A DNA stretch of 64,000 bases from a candidate division WWE3 bacterium (GCA_943354835.1 CALRDH010000001.1:191298-255297), one strand, 5' to 3'; counted from the stretch's first letter, positions 9,917-20,610 are shown. The notes: a model not told the origin generated them from the sequence alone. Numbers and translations are program-made.

Positions 9917-10447
9917 CTAGATGAAAAATGGGAATATTCTGATTATTGCGTATGATCCAATTATCGCGACAAGAATTCCCAAAAAAGCTCCGCCAATGAC
10001 GTCTGCAAGATAGTGCTTTCCAAGAAATATTCTTGTTATGGCGACGAGGCCTGCTATACCAAATACAAACATTGTTTCAACAATATTGTATTTATAATAT
10101 ATGGTCATGAGTGTTGCTAATGTAAAGATATTTGATGTGTGTCCTGACGGGAATGCTCCACTTGATAATTTCATCCCCCATAAATTATTTTTGAACGTGG
10201 TTTTTGGGCGTGGAATTTTGAATAAAAATTTTATTCCTTCAGCTATTATTAATTGCGTTAGATAAATAGGAACGAATGCGAAAAGTGCTTGATAACCGCT
10301 TATTACCGCAATTATTATAAGGATTATGCCAGCTCCGAATGAACTTCCGAGTTCTGTGAATATAAATATAAACTTTTTAATTCGAGAATCTTTTATATCA
10401 TTTTCGAAGTCAAAAGATGTTTTGAGCAAGGAATTTATTAGCTTCAT
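9917..10447 (-). CDS. PAP2-family phosphatase
   Basis: KxxxxxPRP, FPSGH, RIFLGKHYLADV. Confidence 0.92.
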   Translation of the reverse strand: MKLINSLLKTSFDFENDIKDSRIKKFIFIFTELGSSFGAGIILIIIAVISGYQALFAFVPIYLTQLIIAEGIKFLFKIPRPKTTFKNNLWGMKLSSGAFPSGHTSNIFTLATLMTIYYKYNIVETMFVFGIAGLVAITRIFLGKHYLADVIGGAFLGILVAIIGSYAIIRIFPFFI

Positions 10448-10508
10448 TTTGAGCTATTCTATCATTTAGCCTTTTGACTGCAAGCAATTTCTTTGATATC
10501 GTAGTCGC

Positions 10509-11474
10509 ATGGCTATAACAGAGTTTATGTCTGCACTCAACCAAGTTGCGAGCGAAAGAAATATTACTCCAAAAGATGTTTTGGATACATTGAAAGTTGC
10601 TTTGGTTGCTGCATATGTAAAAGATAATCCAGATATTGAAGAAGGTTCTGATCATAAAGTTGAAGCAGAAATCGATTCAGAAACTGGAGAAGTTAAAATT
10701 TTAAGAAATAAAAAAGACGTAACCCCTGCAGGTTTTGGCCGTATTGCTTCTCAAACAGCAAAGCAAGTAATTTTGCAAAAGATTAGAGAAGCAGAAAAAG
10801 AATCAATCGCTGATGAATATCGTGATTTAATTGGAACTATTGTTCAGGGTTATATTTTTAGGATTGATAAAGACACGGTTATTATGGATGTCGGTAAAAC
10901 TCAAGGAATATTACCTGTTTTTGAGCAAATTCCATCGGAAAGATATATGGTTAATCAAAAATATAAAGTTTTGATTAAAGATGTTTCTGACACCGAGGAT
11001 AGTTCAGGTTCAAATATTATACTTTCAAGAAAAGATGCAGGTTTTATAGAAGAACTTTTTAGACAAGAAGTGCCAGAAATTTCACAAGGTATCGTAAAAA
11101 TTGAAAGCATTGCACGTGAAGCTGGTCAAAGAACTAAAATCGCAGTTTCTTCAAAGGAAGAAAAAATTGATCCATCTGGAGCATGTATTGGCCAGCGTGG
11201 TGTACGCGTTCAGGCCGTTACCGACGAATTAAACGGCGAAAAAATCGATATTATAAACTATAGCCATGATGCTGATAAATTTATTGCAGCTTCTTTGGCC
11301 CCAGCTCATGTTTTAGATGTTGTTTTAAATGAATCCGATAAATCCGCAAAGATAATCGTCGCAGAAGATCAGCTTTCTTTAGCAATTGGAAACAAGGGTC
11401 AAAACGCAAGGCTTGCAGCAAAACTTACAGGATGGAAAATAAATATTGATGGCAACGAACCAGAGAAAGAATAA
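10509..11474 (+). CDS. nusA: Transcription factor NusA
   Basis: FGRIASQTAKQVILQKIRE, AREAGQRTKIAV, LSLAIGNKGQNARLAAKLTGWKI. Confidence 0.98.
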   Translation: MAITEFMSALNQVASERNITPKDVLDTLKVALVAAYVKDNPDIEEGSDHKVEAEIDSETGEVKILRNKKDVTPAGFGRIASQTAKQVILQKIREAEKESIADEYRDLIGTIVQGYIFRIDKDTVIMDVGKTQGILPVFEQIPSERYMVNQKYKVLIKDVSDTEDSSGSNIILSRKDAGFIEELFRQEVPEISQGIVKIESIAREAGQRTKIAVSSKEEKIDPSGACIGQRGVRVQAVTDELNGEKIDIINYSHDADKFIAASLAPAHVLDVVLNESDKSAKIIVAEDQLSLAIGNKGQNARLAAKLTGWKINIDGNEPEKE

Positions 11475-11488
11475 ATAGTAAAGTTCCA

Positions 11489-12991
11489 ATGAAAATAGAC
11501 CAGAATAAAAAAGCTAAAAATGAAAAAACCACATATGTAAGGCCTCCAATAGTGACTTTAATGGGACATGTTGACCATGGAAAAACCTCTATTTTGGATG
11601 CAATTCGCGAATCACATTTAACAAAAAAAGAATCTGGTGGAATAACTCAACACATTGGAGCATATACAGTTGAAAAGTCGGGTAAAAAGATTACTTTTAT
11701 AGACACACCAGGACACGAAGCTTTTACTAAAATGAGAGCTAGAGGTGGTGCTGCGGCCGATATTGTAATATTGGTCGTTGCCGCAGATGACGGTGTTATG
11801 CCTCAAACCGAAGAAGCTATCATGCATGCAAAGGCGGCCGCAGCGCCAATTATTGTTGCAATAAATAAGGTCGATCTTCCAGGTGTTGATATTATGCGAG
11901 TCAAAAAAGGGTTAGCAGATAACGGCATAATGGTTGAAGGTTTTGGTGGTGATATAGTCGCAGTTTTGGTTTCCGCAACTAAAAAGACTGGTATAAATGA
12001 GCTTTTAGACGTAATTAATTTGGTTGCCGAAATGCATCCGGATGAATTTCAGTCACAAGTATCTGATCCATTAGAGGTTTTAGCAATTGAATCCAGACAC
12101 GATCCACGAAGTGGTATAACGGTTTCTGCAATTGTTAAAAAGGGAATTTTAAAATTACGAGATGAAATTTGTACAAAAGATTCTGTTGCGAAAGTTAAAG
12201 CAATTATTGATTCAAGTGGAAAGCGTGTTTTACTTGCCATGCCTGGCGATGCTATTGAAATACTTGGATTTACGAATGTTCCGCAATCTGGAGACATTAT
12301 TACAACGATCGATAGATTGGAAACATTAAAAGCTGGTAATATTTTGGAATCTCCGTTGCCTGTGGCTGATGCATCAGAAGTTCAATCGAAATCTGCAAAG
12401 TCTTTGAATTTGGTTTTGCGCGCAGACACACTTGGCACTTTGGAAGCGATTATTTCTTCGATTAGCAAAATAAAAGTTGAAGATGCTATAGCAAATATAA
12501 TGTTTTCTGGAACTGGAGAGGTTAAAGAATCTGATATCCTTCTCGCTTCTACAGGTAAAGCTATTATTATTGCGTTTAAAGTTGGAGTTCCTCCATCAAT
12601 TTCAAAGGCGGCTGAAGCTCAAAAAGTTATTATTCGCGAACACGAAATAATTTATAAATTACTCGAAGAAATTGAAGGCGCTTTACAAGGAGTAATAGAA
12701 ATTGAAGAAGCTAAAGTTAAAGGAAAGGGTTTTGTAATAGAAAAGTTTGTATTGCCAAAATCAAATACAGTTGTTGCCGGAATTTTGATAGAGGCTGGAA
12801 AACTAAAATCAAATAGCAGGATCGGAGTTTTTAGAGGTGAAGCAGATACTCCTTTATATGTTGCACGTATTAAAAGTATGCACATTGGTCCAAACGAAGT
12901 TCAGGTTGCAAATAAGGGTGACGAAGTGGGTGTAATATTTAAACCAGAAACTACAGATATAAACCTCGATGACAGAATTGTAGCCTTATAA
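11489..12991 (+). CDS. infB: Translation initiation factor IF-2 (short form)
   Basis: [39 protein letters not shown]. Confidence 0.98.
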   Translation: MKIDQNKKAKNEKTTYVRPPIVTLMGHVDHGKTSILDAIRESHLTKKESGGITQHIGAYTVEKSGKKITFIDTPGHEAFTKMRARGGAAADIVILVVAADDGVMPQTEEAIMHAKAAAAPIIVAINKVDLPGVDIMRVKKGLADNGIMVEGFGGDIVAVLVSATKKTGINELLDVINLVAEMHPDEFQSQVSDPLEVLAIESRHDPRSGITVSAIVKKGILKLRDEICTKDSVAKVKAIIDSSGKRVLLAMPGDAIEILGFTNVPQSGDIITTIDRLETLKAGNILESPLPVADASEVQSKSAKSLNLVLRADTLGTLEAIISSISKIKVEDAIANIMFSGTGEVKESDILLASTGKAIIIAFKVGVPPSISKAAEAQKVIIREHEIIYKLLEEIEGALQGVIEIEEAKVKGKGFVIEKFVLPKSNTVVAGILIEAGKLKSNSRIGVFRGEADTPLYVARIKSMHIGPNEVQVANKGDEVGVIFKPETTDINLDDRIVAL

Positions 12992-13066
12992 TTTTTACAA
13001 ATAAACTTGATCGAAACCTCAATCTATAGTATGATTATCCATTCGGCCTATAGCCGTACTTAACGT

Positions 13067-13702
13067 ATGTCAAAAAAAGATTCTAGAATAACAAACTTAA
13101 TAGAAAAGGCTCACAATATAGCTGTTATGTGCGGTCCTTCTGGCGAAGCAACTGTTCCTGGTGGAATAGCAATCGCGTCCTATATAGAAGATGTCTATGG
13201 TCGAAAAGCCGATATTTATTATGGTGGGGATTTTTCGATCGTTAATACTGATCTTTTTTCTCAAGCTGATATTAAATCGAAATTCACGCAAAAATCATTG
13301 AAGATTTCGATTGATTTTTCAAATACTGATATAAAGACTGTCGATTATTATAAAGATGGCGACTCAAAGTTAGTTTTGGAAGTTAGTCCGATAATTGATA
13401 AGTTTGAGAATGATCGTGTGAGCTTTGAGGTAGTCGGAACTCATCATGATTTAATAGTTACCGTTGGTGTTTCAGATTTAATCGAACTCGGAGATTTGTA
13501 TTCGAAAAATCAAAGTTTGTTCGAAAAAACTGAAATTATAAATATTGATAATTCACCTAAAAATAAAAACTACGGAGCATTGAATTTAGTTGATTTCTCG
13601 GCACAATCTTTATCTTCGCTTATTTTTGCAAAATTTTTAGAATGGGGCTATATGCCTAGTAAAAAAGCGAGTAAAAGTTTGTTAGTTGGTTTAAGTAATT
13701 AG
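13067..13702 (+). CDS. Degenerate DHH/NrnA-like phosphoesterase-domain protein
   Basis: DLIVTVG...IINIDN...NYGALNLVD...LSSLI resemble the DHH N-domain but DHH is absent; follows infB. Confidence 0.6.
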   Translation: MSKKDSRITNLIEKAHNIAVMCGPSGEATVPGGIAIASYIEDVYGRKADIYYGGDFSIVNTDLFSQADIKSKFTQKSLKISIDFSNTDIKTVDYYKDGDSKLVLEVSPIIDKFENDRVSFEVVGTHHDLIVTVGVSDLIELGDLYSKNQSLFEKTEIINIDNSPKNKNYGALNLVDFSAQSLSSLIFAKFLEWGYMPSKKASKSLLVGLSN

Positions 13703-13757
13703 TTATAATTTGGCGGATTGCCTTATTTTGCCGATATTGCTAGAATATAAACACATT

Positions 13758-14027
13758 ATGGCATTAACAAAACAGAAAAAAGAAAAAGTTATAAAAGGGT
13801 TTCAGAGAGTAGAAACCGATACTGGTTCAACAGAAGTTCAAGTAGCACTTCTTTCTGAAAGCATAGTTGCATTAACTGATCATTTAAAGATACATAAAAA
13901 AGACAGCCATTCTAGACGTGGTCTTTTGCAAATGGTTGGAAAAAGAAGAAAACTCCTTCATTACCTCAAGTCTAAAAAAGCAATAATCTATCAAGAATTA
14001 GTTAAAAAGTTAAAATTGAAGGCTTGA
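13758..14027 (+). CDS. rpsO: 30S ribosomal protein S15
   Basis: [12 protein letters not shown]...[22 protein letters not shown]; ATG at 13758. Confidence 0.98.
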   Translation: MALTKQKKEKVIKGFQRVETDTGSTEVQVALLSESIVALTDHLKIHKKDSHSRRGLLQMVGKRRKLLHYLKSKKAIIYQELVKKLKLKA

Positions 14028-14148
14028 TCTGATTGGATACCTCCGAACTTGTTGTTCTCGTAGTTGATTACCTGGTGATTGTTTCGGTCTTCAGATATTC
14101 GATTACGAACTACTTCTTCGTCGGTCGTCCCTTTAGTATCAATCAAAA

Positions 14149-16368
14149 ATGATCGTCACTTCCGAAACCGTGTTTAACGGGGAAAAATTAGTGTTTGAAT
14201 GTGGAAAGATCGCTGGTAGCGCGACTATTGCTGTTACTGCGACTCTTGGAGAAACTGTTGTTTTAGTAACTGTTGTTTGTACTCCTGGTCTTTTAGAAGG
14301 CGACTATTTTCCATTAAGAGTTGAATATGAAGAAAGATTTTATGCAGGTGGACAAATCGGTGGATCAAGATTCACAAGAAGAGAAGGTCGTCCAACTGAT
14401 GAAGCTTCTGTAAGTGCAAGATTAATGGATCACGCAATAAGACCTCTTTTTCCAAAAGATTTCATGGATGAAACTCAAATTATTACTACGGTTTTATCTT
14501 ACGATGGTAAAAATAGCCCAGTATTATTAGGCTTTTTAGCTGCTTCTGCAGCGCTTTTTGCAAGTGGAATGCCTTTTAAGGGGCCACTCGTTCCTTTGAG
14601 AATTCAAAAAAGTAATGGCGAGATTAGTTTCGGATTTTCCGAACCAGAAGAAAATTGTGATATGGATTTAATTGTGACTTATTTAGAGAATGGATCAAAG
14701 GTCCAAGCTATTGAAGCACATGCAAATATAATCCCAGAAGCAGAAGTTGTTGCTGCAATCAATGCAGGAGCTGAATTTACTAAACCATTATTCGAATTCC
14801 AAAATGAATTTGTAAAAAAGATGGGGCTTCCGGTCCGTGAATATACAAGAGCTTGGTTAAACAAGGATGCTATTGATGAATTCAAAGATGATGTTTTGCC
14901 TGTTGTCTCAAATATGTATGATAAGGGTTTTATATTTGAAGGAACTGAATGGCATCAAGGAGTTTCTGAAATCGAATCGGTTCTTATATCAAAATTTAAG
15001 GAAAAATATTCTTTTATGCAGGTCAAAGCTTTGATTTCTGAAGTCGAAAAAGAATTTATTCGAGATTTAGTCCTTAATAAAGGAAAAAGAATTGATGGAA
15101 GAGGTATTTCCGAAATCAGACCTTTGTCGGCAGAAGTCGGACTTTTACCAAGAGTTCATGGATCAGCTTTATTCAATCGAGGTAAAACTCAATCTTTATC
15201 AATTTCGACATTGGCTTCAGGATCACAAAAGCAATTAGTCCAAAATATGGATAGCGAAGAAGAGAAAAGATATATGCATCATTATAATTTCCCTCCATAT
15301 TCAACAGGTGAAGCAAAAGGATTAAAAGGTCCAGGAAGAAGAGAAATTGGTCATGGAATGTTAGCTGAAAAAGCTTTGGTTCCAGTTTTACCAAAAGAAG
15401 AAGATTTTGGTTATGCAATAAGAGTTGTTTCAGAAATTACTTCTTCAAATGGTTCAACTTCAATGGCAGCAACTTGCGCATCTTCGCTTTCTTTAATGGA
15501 TGCAGGAGTTCCAATTTCCGAGCACGTTGGAGGAATTGGTGTTGGCCTTTTTGTTGATTCTGAAAAGAGCGGTCTAAAAGTAAGCGATTACAAACTTTTG
15601 ACAGATATTATTGGGTATGAAGATTATGCTGGATATATGGATTTTAAAATGACTGGTACTAAAAACGGCATGACTGCTATTCAAATGGAATTAAAGGTTC
15701 AAGGTGTTCCAATCGAACTTATTTCTGATATTTTTGAGAAATCAAAAGCCGCACGTCTTAAAGTTTTGGATGTTATGAACGGCGTAATCAGTTCTCCAAG
15801 AGATTCTGTTAGCAAATATGCTCCGAAACTTGTGACTATAAAGATAGAAAAAAGCACGATTGGTCAGGTTATTGGTTCTGGTGGAGCTGTAATTAAAGGA
15901 ATAATGGAAGATTATGATTGTGAAGTTGATGTAAGTGAAAAAGAAGATCATGCTTTGGTTTCAATTGCCGGAATCGATATTGAAAAAATAAATGCAGCAA
16001 GAGATTTTATTTTGTCGATTGTTACTCCAGTTGAAGTTGGTGATGTTTTTGAAGGAAAAGTTACAAGGGTGGAAAACTATGGAGCTTTTGTAGAAATCGC
16101 ACCAAAGAAAGAAGGTTTACTTCATGTTTCAGAATATTCTTATGAATATGTTGAAGATATAACTAAACTAGTTTCACTCGGAGATGTTTTAAAAGTAAAA
16201 GTAAACGGAGTAGAAAACGGAAAAATATCTTTGTCTAAAAAGGCTTTGGAAGAAAGACCAGAAGGTTATGTTGAGCCTGAAAGAAAACCAAGGCCAGAAC
16301 GAAGTGGTGGCGGTGGATTTAGAAGTACTGGTCGTAGAGATGACAGAAGAGGCGGAAACCGTTATTGA
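14149..16368 (+). CDS. pnp: Polyribonucleotide nucleotidyltransferase (PNPase)
   Basis: RREGRP, RIDGR, HYNFPPYSTGE, SNGSTSMA, KH and S1 domains. Confidence 0.98.
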   Translation: MIVTSETVFNGEKLVFECGKIAGSATIAVTATLGETVVLVTVVCTPGLLEGDYFPLRVEYEERFYAGGQIGGSRFTRREGRPTDEASVSARLMDHAIRPLFPKDFMDETQIITTVLSYDGKNSPVLLGFLAASAALFASGMPFKGPLVPLRIQKSNGEISFGFSEPEENCDMDLIVTYLENGSKVQAIEAHANIIPEAEVVAAINAGAEFTKPLFEFQNEFVKKMGLPVREYTRAWLNKDAIDEFKDDVLPVVSNMYDKGFIFEGTEWHQGVSEIESVLISKFKEKYSFMQVKALISEVEKEFIRDLVLNKGKRIDGRGISEIRPLSAEVGLLPRVHGSALFNRGKTQSLSISTLASGSQKQLVQNMDSEEEKRYMHHYNFPPYSTGEAKGLKGPGRREIGHGMLAEKALVPVLPKEEDFGYAIRVVSEITSSNGSTSMAATCASSLSLMDAGVPISEHVGGIGVGLFVDSEKSGLKVSDYKLLTDIIGYEDYAGYMDFKMTGTKNGMTAIQMELKVQGVPIELISDIFEKSKAARLKVLDVMNGVISSPRDSVSKYAPKLVTIKIEKSTIGQVIGSGGAVIKGIMEDYDCEVDVSEKEDHALVSIAGIDIEKINAARDFILSIVTPVEVGDVFEGKVTRVENYGAFVEIAPKKEGLLHVSEYSYEYVEDITKLVSLGDVLKVKVNGVENGKISLSKKALEERPEGYVEPERKPRPERSGGGGFRSTGRRDDRRGGNRY

Positions 16369-16403
16369 TAAGCGGCTAGCATTATTTCTGTTAGAATTGT
16401 TTT

Positions 16404-17498
16404 ATGTCTTCTGCTTATAAGATTTGTGAAAAGTGTGATAGTGCATATACAGGAAGTGTTTGCTTAAAATGCGGGCATTTTGAAGATGCATCACATAATG
16501 ATAATCGGCTTGATGACACTGCGCAGAAGTCAGAAGACTTTGGTTTTCTGACTTCTGCGATTAATGAGAATCGTTCCAAACTTTCAGCAGATTTAAAAAG
16601 TGTTAAAAAGAAATCCCGTGGGTTTTTCTTTCCTTTGTTTCTTGGCATGGTTCTTTTAGGTATTGGAGGATATGCATATTTTCGTTTTATCTATTTTACC
16701 CCTGAATATATTAGTCCTGCTGTGCTTTCCGCACAGATAACAAAAAAGCCTGGTGAGATAGTTAACGAAGTTGTGGAAATCTTCGATTCTAAAGAAAAAT
16801 CTATTCCTTTAGATATTGGGCATGAAGAGGGTAATTTCGATCAGTATGATTTTGCACAGTTTGCTTCTCCCGATACATCTTTGCTTATTACTGCATTTAA
16901 TATCAGAGACGTTCTTTCAAAATATTATGAAGATAAGGGAATTTTAAAAAATTTAAAGTCCGAATTTGATTTATCTGATAATGATATTGATGTGTTTTTC
17001 TCAAAAGGGTTTGCAGTTTATTTCCCTGATAGCGATTTTTCCAAGTGGGGATTTGCAATTTATGTTGAAGACCAGAATTTTGTTGATTCACGTGTTAGTA
17101 AGTTGAAAGATAAAAAAGAGAAGAAGGGATTCGCTTTTAAAGATTATTTTGCTGACGTTGTAGAAATAAAATCGGATGATGAGAAGTCGATGCATTTTCT
17201 TTTAGTATCGAATTCAAAAGAATATCTTGATCAGATGAAAGAATCTTCAGAGGGAAACCTTACGAATTTAGCTGTGGATATAAAATATACTAGAGTTAAA
17301 ACTGATTTGCCAAAACTTGGACAAATTTCCTTTTACAGAAAAACTGATTCCTCTATTTGGAATTTAATGGTCGAGTGGATCGCTTCAAAATATGATTATG
17401 TTGGTTTAGACAAGATCTTATCTGCAATAGATGCTCCTGGCATAGTCTTTTTTTCAAACAGCCAAAAACTAAAAATAACAACAGCCGATGTGATGTGA
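16404..17498 (+). CDS. Hypothetical membrane-anchored protein with N-terminal zinc ribbon
   Basis: CEKC...CLKC followed by a single TM and a large C-terminal domain. Confidence 0.75.
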   Translation: MSSAYKICEKCDSAYTGSVCLKCGHFEDASHNDNRLDDTAQKSEDFGFLTSAINENRSKLSADLKSVKKKSRGFFFPLFLGMVLLGIGGYAYFRFIYFTPEYISPAVLSAQITKKPGEIVNEVVEIFDSKEKSIPLDIGHEEGNFDQYDFAQFASPDTSLLITAFNIRDVLSKYYEDKGILKNLKSEFDLSDNDIDVFFSKGFAVYFPDSDFSKWGFAIYVEDQNFVDSRVSKLKDKKEKKGFAFKDYFADVVEIKSDDEKSMHFLLVSNSKEYLDQMKESSEGNLTNLAVDIKYTRVKTDLPKLGQISFYRKTDSSIWNLMVEWIASKYDYVGLDKILSAIDAPGIVFFSNSQKLKITTADVM

Positions 17499-17514
17499 GT
17501 GTAGTAGTTGACGC

Positions 17515-17543
17515 GTGTACGCCTGGCGTGTTAATGTGTACGC
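17515..17543. promoter_or_regulatory. Putative operator of the Phd-PIN TA
   Basis: GTGTACGC repeated at 17515 and 17536 between TTGACG and the start codon. Confidence 0.5.
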
Positions 17544-17843
17544 ATGAAGAAAACTCAAAGAGAAATAAATATTCGTGAAGCAAGACCTCTCCTTAATAAG
17601 TTATCTGAAGAAGTCGCGTTAACTGATGGTTATTACATAATTACTGTTCGAGATAAACCAAGGTCCATATTAACAAATTACAATGAAGAATTGGTTAGCA
17701 TGCTTGACAAGAAAATGTCTAAAAAATCTGTTACTGCAGGCTCTGTTTTTGCAGATGGAATGGGTAAATGGTTTAAAAACAATCCCCCTATAATTTCTAA
17801 AAAAGATATCACAAGAGAGATTGATAAAATCGCATATGTTTGA
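17544..17843 (+). CDS. Phd/YefM-like antitoxin
   Basis: INIREARPLLNKL...IITVRDKPRSIL. Confidence 0.8.
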   Translation: MKKTQREINIREARPLLNKLSEEVALTDGYYIITVRDKPRSILTNYNEELVSMLDKKMSKKSVTAGSVFADGMGKWFKNNPPIISKKDITREIDKIAYV

Positions 17844-18264
17844 CGAAGTCTCTTCCTTACTTTTAGATACAAGTTTTATTGTCGGACTTTTTTATGGAGA
17901 TAAATCGACTATTGATAAAGTTTATGATGTTTTGCCTGCGCTCATCACTGTAGACCATCTGTATATTAATAATTACATTATGTCTGAAACACTTACTGTG
18001 CTTTCTCAAAGGATTGGAAAGAAAAAGGCAAGGGAAAGCCTTGAATTTATTTCTGGGCAACGCGTAGATTTAATAGATATCTTAAGAAAAACCGAAGATT
18101 TGGCATTCGATGAATTCTTTAAAATTGAAAGAAAGGATATTAGTTTTGTTGACGTGATGTCTGTTTTGCAAGCTAAAGAAAAATCAATAGGTGGTGTGCT
18201 TACTTTGGACAAGCATTTTGGGTATCTAGGTAAGAAATATGGTGTAAAGATATTTGCGCTGTAA
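17821..18264 (+). CDS. PIN-domain (VapC-like) toxin
   Basis: LLDTSFIV, SETLTVL, SFVDVMS, LTLDKHF; true start may be ATG 17836. Confidence 0.9.
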   Translation: MIKSHMFDEVSSLLLDTSFIVGLFYGDKSTIDKVYDVLPALITVDHLYINNYIMSETLTVLSQRIGKKKARESLEFISGQRVDLIDILRKTEDLAFDEFFKIERKDISFVDVMSVLQAKEKSIGGVLTLDKHFGYLGKKYGVKIFAL

Positions 18265-18280
18265 TAAGGGTAGCCCTTTT
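18264..18280 (+). repeat. 17-bp hairpin repeat ATAAGGG-NNN-CCCTTTT, copy 1
   Basis: Also at 30609, 32203 and 59998. Confidence 0.75.
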
Positions 18281-18355
18281 ATGCTAAAATATCCTCGCTT
18301 GGTGAAGTTGAGCAAGAGATAACCTTCAAGCCAAATTTCCGAAATTCCCGAATGC

Positions 18356-18432
18356 GGGCGGATAGCTCAACTGGTTAGAGCATCAAGCTTATACCTTGAA
18401 GGTTCATGGTTCGAGTCCATGTCCGCCCACCA
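18356..18432 (+). tRNA. tRNA-Ile(TAT)
   Basis: GGGCGGA acceptor, anticodon arm TCAAG-CT-TAT-AC-CTTGA, GTTCGAGTCC, ACCA. Confidence 0.93.
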
Positions 18433-18494
18433 GAAAACTATAGGTTGTGTCTTCTTGGTTTTGTGATAATATATCAGCGTACATTAAATATGAA

Positions 18495-18801
18495 AGGCTA
18501 AGACGAAGAGAATTAGTAGCGCTTTTTTGGTGACACTAGAGACTATGCGGATGCTGAAAGCATAGCGTACAAATTTTGCGTGAATTACCTCTTCTGAGCT
18601 GGTTATCTGAAACTTCCATTCGGAAATAAAGATAATCCGGGCGCTCCCGTTATAGAGATTAAGGTATGTCACATACGAAACAGAGTACTTTATAAGGTCA
18701 ACACGGTAACGTGTTGATAAAGCAAGGTGGTACAGCCAAATTTAAGGCCCTTGCATTAACAGTTGTAATTAATTTACAGATGTTTTTGCAAGGGCTTTTT
18801 T
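18495..18801 (+). promoter_or_regulatory. T-box riboswitch (transcription antitermination type)
   Basis: Stem I GAAGAG/CTCTTC with AGTA/GAA loop, AGAGA bulge, CTATGC-GGATGCTGAAA-GCATAG apex; stem II; CCGTTA box; stem III; antiterminator GCAAGG-TGGTACA-GCC...GGC-CCTTGC; overlapping terminator. Confidence 0.92.
18747..18801 (+). terminator. T-box leader intrinsic terminator
   Basis: GCCCTTGCA...TGCAAGGGC followed by T6. Confidence 0.85.
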
Positions 18802-18834
18802 GTTCTTTGCTCAAATATCTCAATAAACATAAAA

Positions 18835-19722
18835 ATGTCAGTTAATGTAATAGAAGACCATTCTTTGTCGACATCATCCTTGGAAGATGTTTTTGGCATT
18901 GGCCATGTCGAAGTAACATGTAACCCAATCGCGGTAAATCAAAGGTGGGAACATCAGCTAAATGAGCGACATTTAAAGCTAGTTACGGTTTTATGTGTCC
19001 CATGTAATTCAAGTGGGTGGTTTTGTCGCTTAGACGACCCTAATCATAAAGCTACACAACAACTTGAGATCATTAATGAAGCCGTAAGGAACATCCAGAG
19101 GTTGGGTTTTGCAGTTGACTGGACTGTAATACTGGGTGATATTTCTAATTTTGTTGGGCTGTGTTTGGATGGACGTGAGATAGGTGAAGCGGTTAATTTA
19201 TCTACTTCCTTTTTGACGTCGCACGGAAATGCGCCGTTTGATGGTGCTGGCTTTTTAATTGGTGAATATGAGGAACGCCTTAAGAAGAATTTTTTTAGCG
19301 GTAATGTATCAGTGGCTTCAGCTTTAGAAAAAACATCAGAGTTGGATGCCGTTATACTTAGAGAAAGATTTGAAATGGCCAATTCATTAATACGAGATTT
19401 AGGTTGTAGCCAAGAGTGGCGCTTGCAAGTCGAAAGTCTGGCACGGGCGAAAGGGGCGAAAACAAAGAGTTTTCCAGATAGTTTGCAAATGCTGTTAAGC
19501 TTAAATAAGGTTGAGTCGAATATTTGGTCGGAGGCATTATTTGAGTTGATAGGTTCTGCACGTGTAAGGACCTTGGTTTCAGCATGCTTTCCGGAAAATA
19601 GTATCTTGGTTTCTATGCAGTCACCGGAAATCGATGATTTTTTTCATTTATTAGGAAATGGCGAAAGTTTTCCAACAATTAGAGCTTTTCCTAGAGAATT
19701 ACTTAGTAGTTTAGATGATTAG
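18835..19722 (+). CDS. Hypothetical protein, T-box-regulated paralog A
   Basis: 295-aa ORF directly after the T-box; shares TxLC, IxxD.xN and SxQxPExxD(F/Y)FH...PT motifs with the next gene. Confidence 0.85.
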   Translation: MSVNVIEDHSLSTSSLEDVFGIGHVEVTCNPIAVNQRWEHQLNERHLKLVTVLCVPCNSSGWFCRLDDPNHKATQQLEIINEAVRNIQRLGFAVDWTVILGDISNFVGLCLDGREIGEAVNLSTSFLTSHGNAPFDGAGFLIGEYEERLKKNFFSGNVSVASALEKTSELDAVILRERFEMANSLIRDLGCSQEWRLQVESLARAKGAKTKSFPDSLQMLLSLNKVESNIWSEALFELIGSARVRTLVSACFPENSILVSMQSPEIDDFFHLLGNGESFPTIRAFPRELLSSLDD

Positions 19723-19738
19723 GAATGGAAATAATAAT

Positions 19739-20610
19739 ATGAAAATTAACGAATTGAATTTATCAAGCCCTATTGGTATAGATCAAGTTGATTGGTCGAA
19801 AACCGTGAACATATATACGATTTTATGTCCGTTTATAAAGGTTACAAAAAATGAATGTTTTTTTCTTCTGATTTAAGGTTTTATTCAAAGGTTGAAGGAG
19901 ATCATTTTATTGATGTGGCCGATGCCGTACAAGTGAATCCAAAATTTATATTATTAACTTTTGAATTGCCAATTATTTTAGAGAAGTTAAACTCGATGGG
20001 GATTAATTATAAATACACGATTTATATTGCGGACGAACTTAATACGTTGATGAGGCGATATATTAGTGATTGTGGCAAAGAAGCAATAGAAAAAATTGAA
20101 AAAAGTCGTTGGTTAATGTTGTCTAGTGTTAAGGAAGCCCTTGATATTGCATTGAATGGCAAGAATATTCAAGTCGACGTTCTTTTGACTTCTCGAGTAG
20201 AAAAAATGGAAAAGAGTATTGATGATTTGTTTTTGAAACTTTTGAACGAAAGTTTCCGAAAGGAGTTTTTGAGTAAGTCGCAAAAAGAGTATGCTGAACT
20301 TGTTGAATATTGGAAGAATCTTTCTGGGTATGAAGGTAAGGAATTTGAAAAGATGATTTTAAGGGATCAAGTTGCTTATCGCGCGGTTATGGGCGAGGTA
20401 ATCAGGAAAAGTGGTAATCCATTGATTTTTTCAGGTCAGCCACCAGAGCCAGGTGATTATTTCCATGGAATTATAAAGAAAAAGGTCTTACCAACAATGC
20501 ATGTTTTCAGAAATGTAGAAGGGATTGATGTTATAAGCGATATTGTGAATGAAGCCGATTTAAATATTCATATGAAGAAATTCGACAAGATTAGTTTTGT
20601 AGATTTGTAA
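19739..20610 (+). pseudogene. Hypothetical paralog B, split by a -1 frameshift at a T7 run (~19858-19864)
   Basis: ATG 19739 frame (MKINEL...VNIYTILCPF...NECFF) stops at ~19876; the -1 frame continues to 20610; joined product ~290 aa aligns by eye with paralog A. Confidence 0.8.

Noticed and set aside
18835-20610. Calling the T-box-regulated proteins cyclodipeptide synthases or aaRSs outright
   Set aside because: No GxSxxN/YxxxExP CDPS motifs or HIGH/KMSKS visible; the fold resemblance is only a hypothesis.
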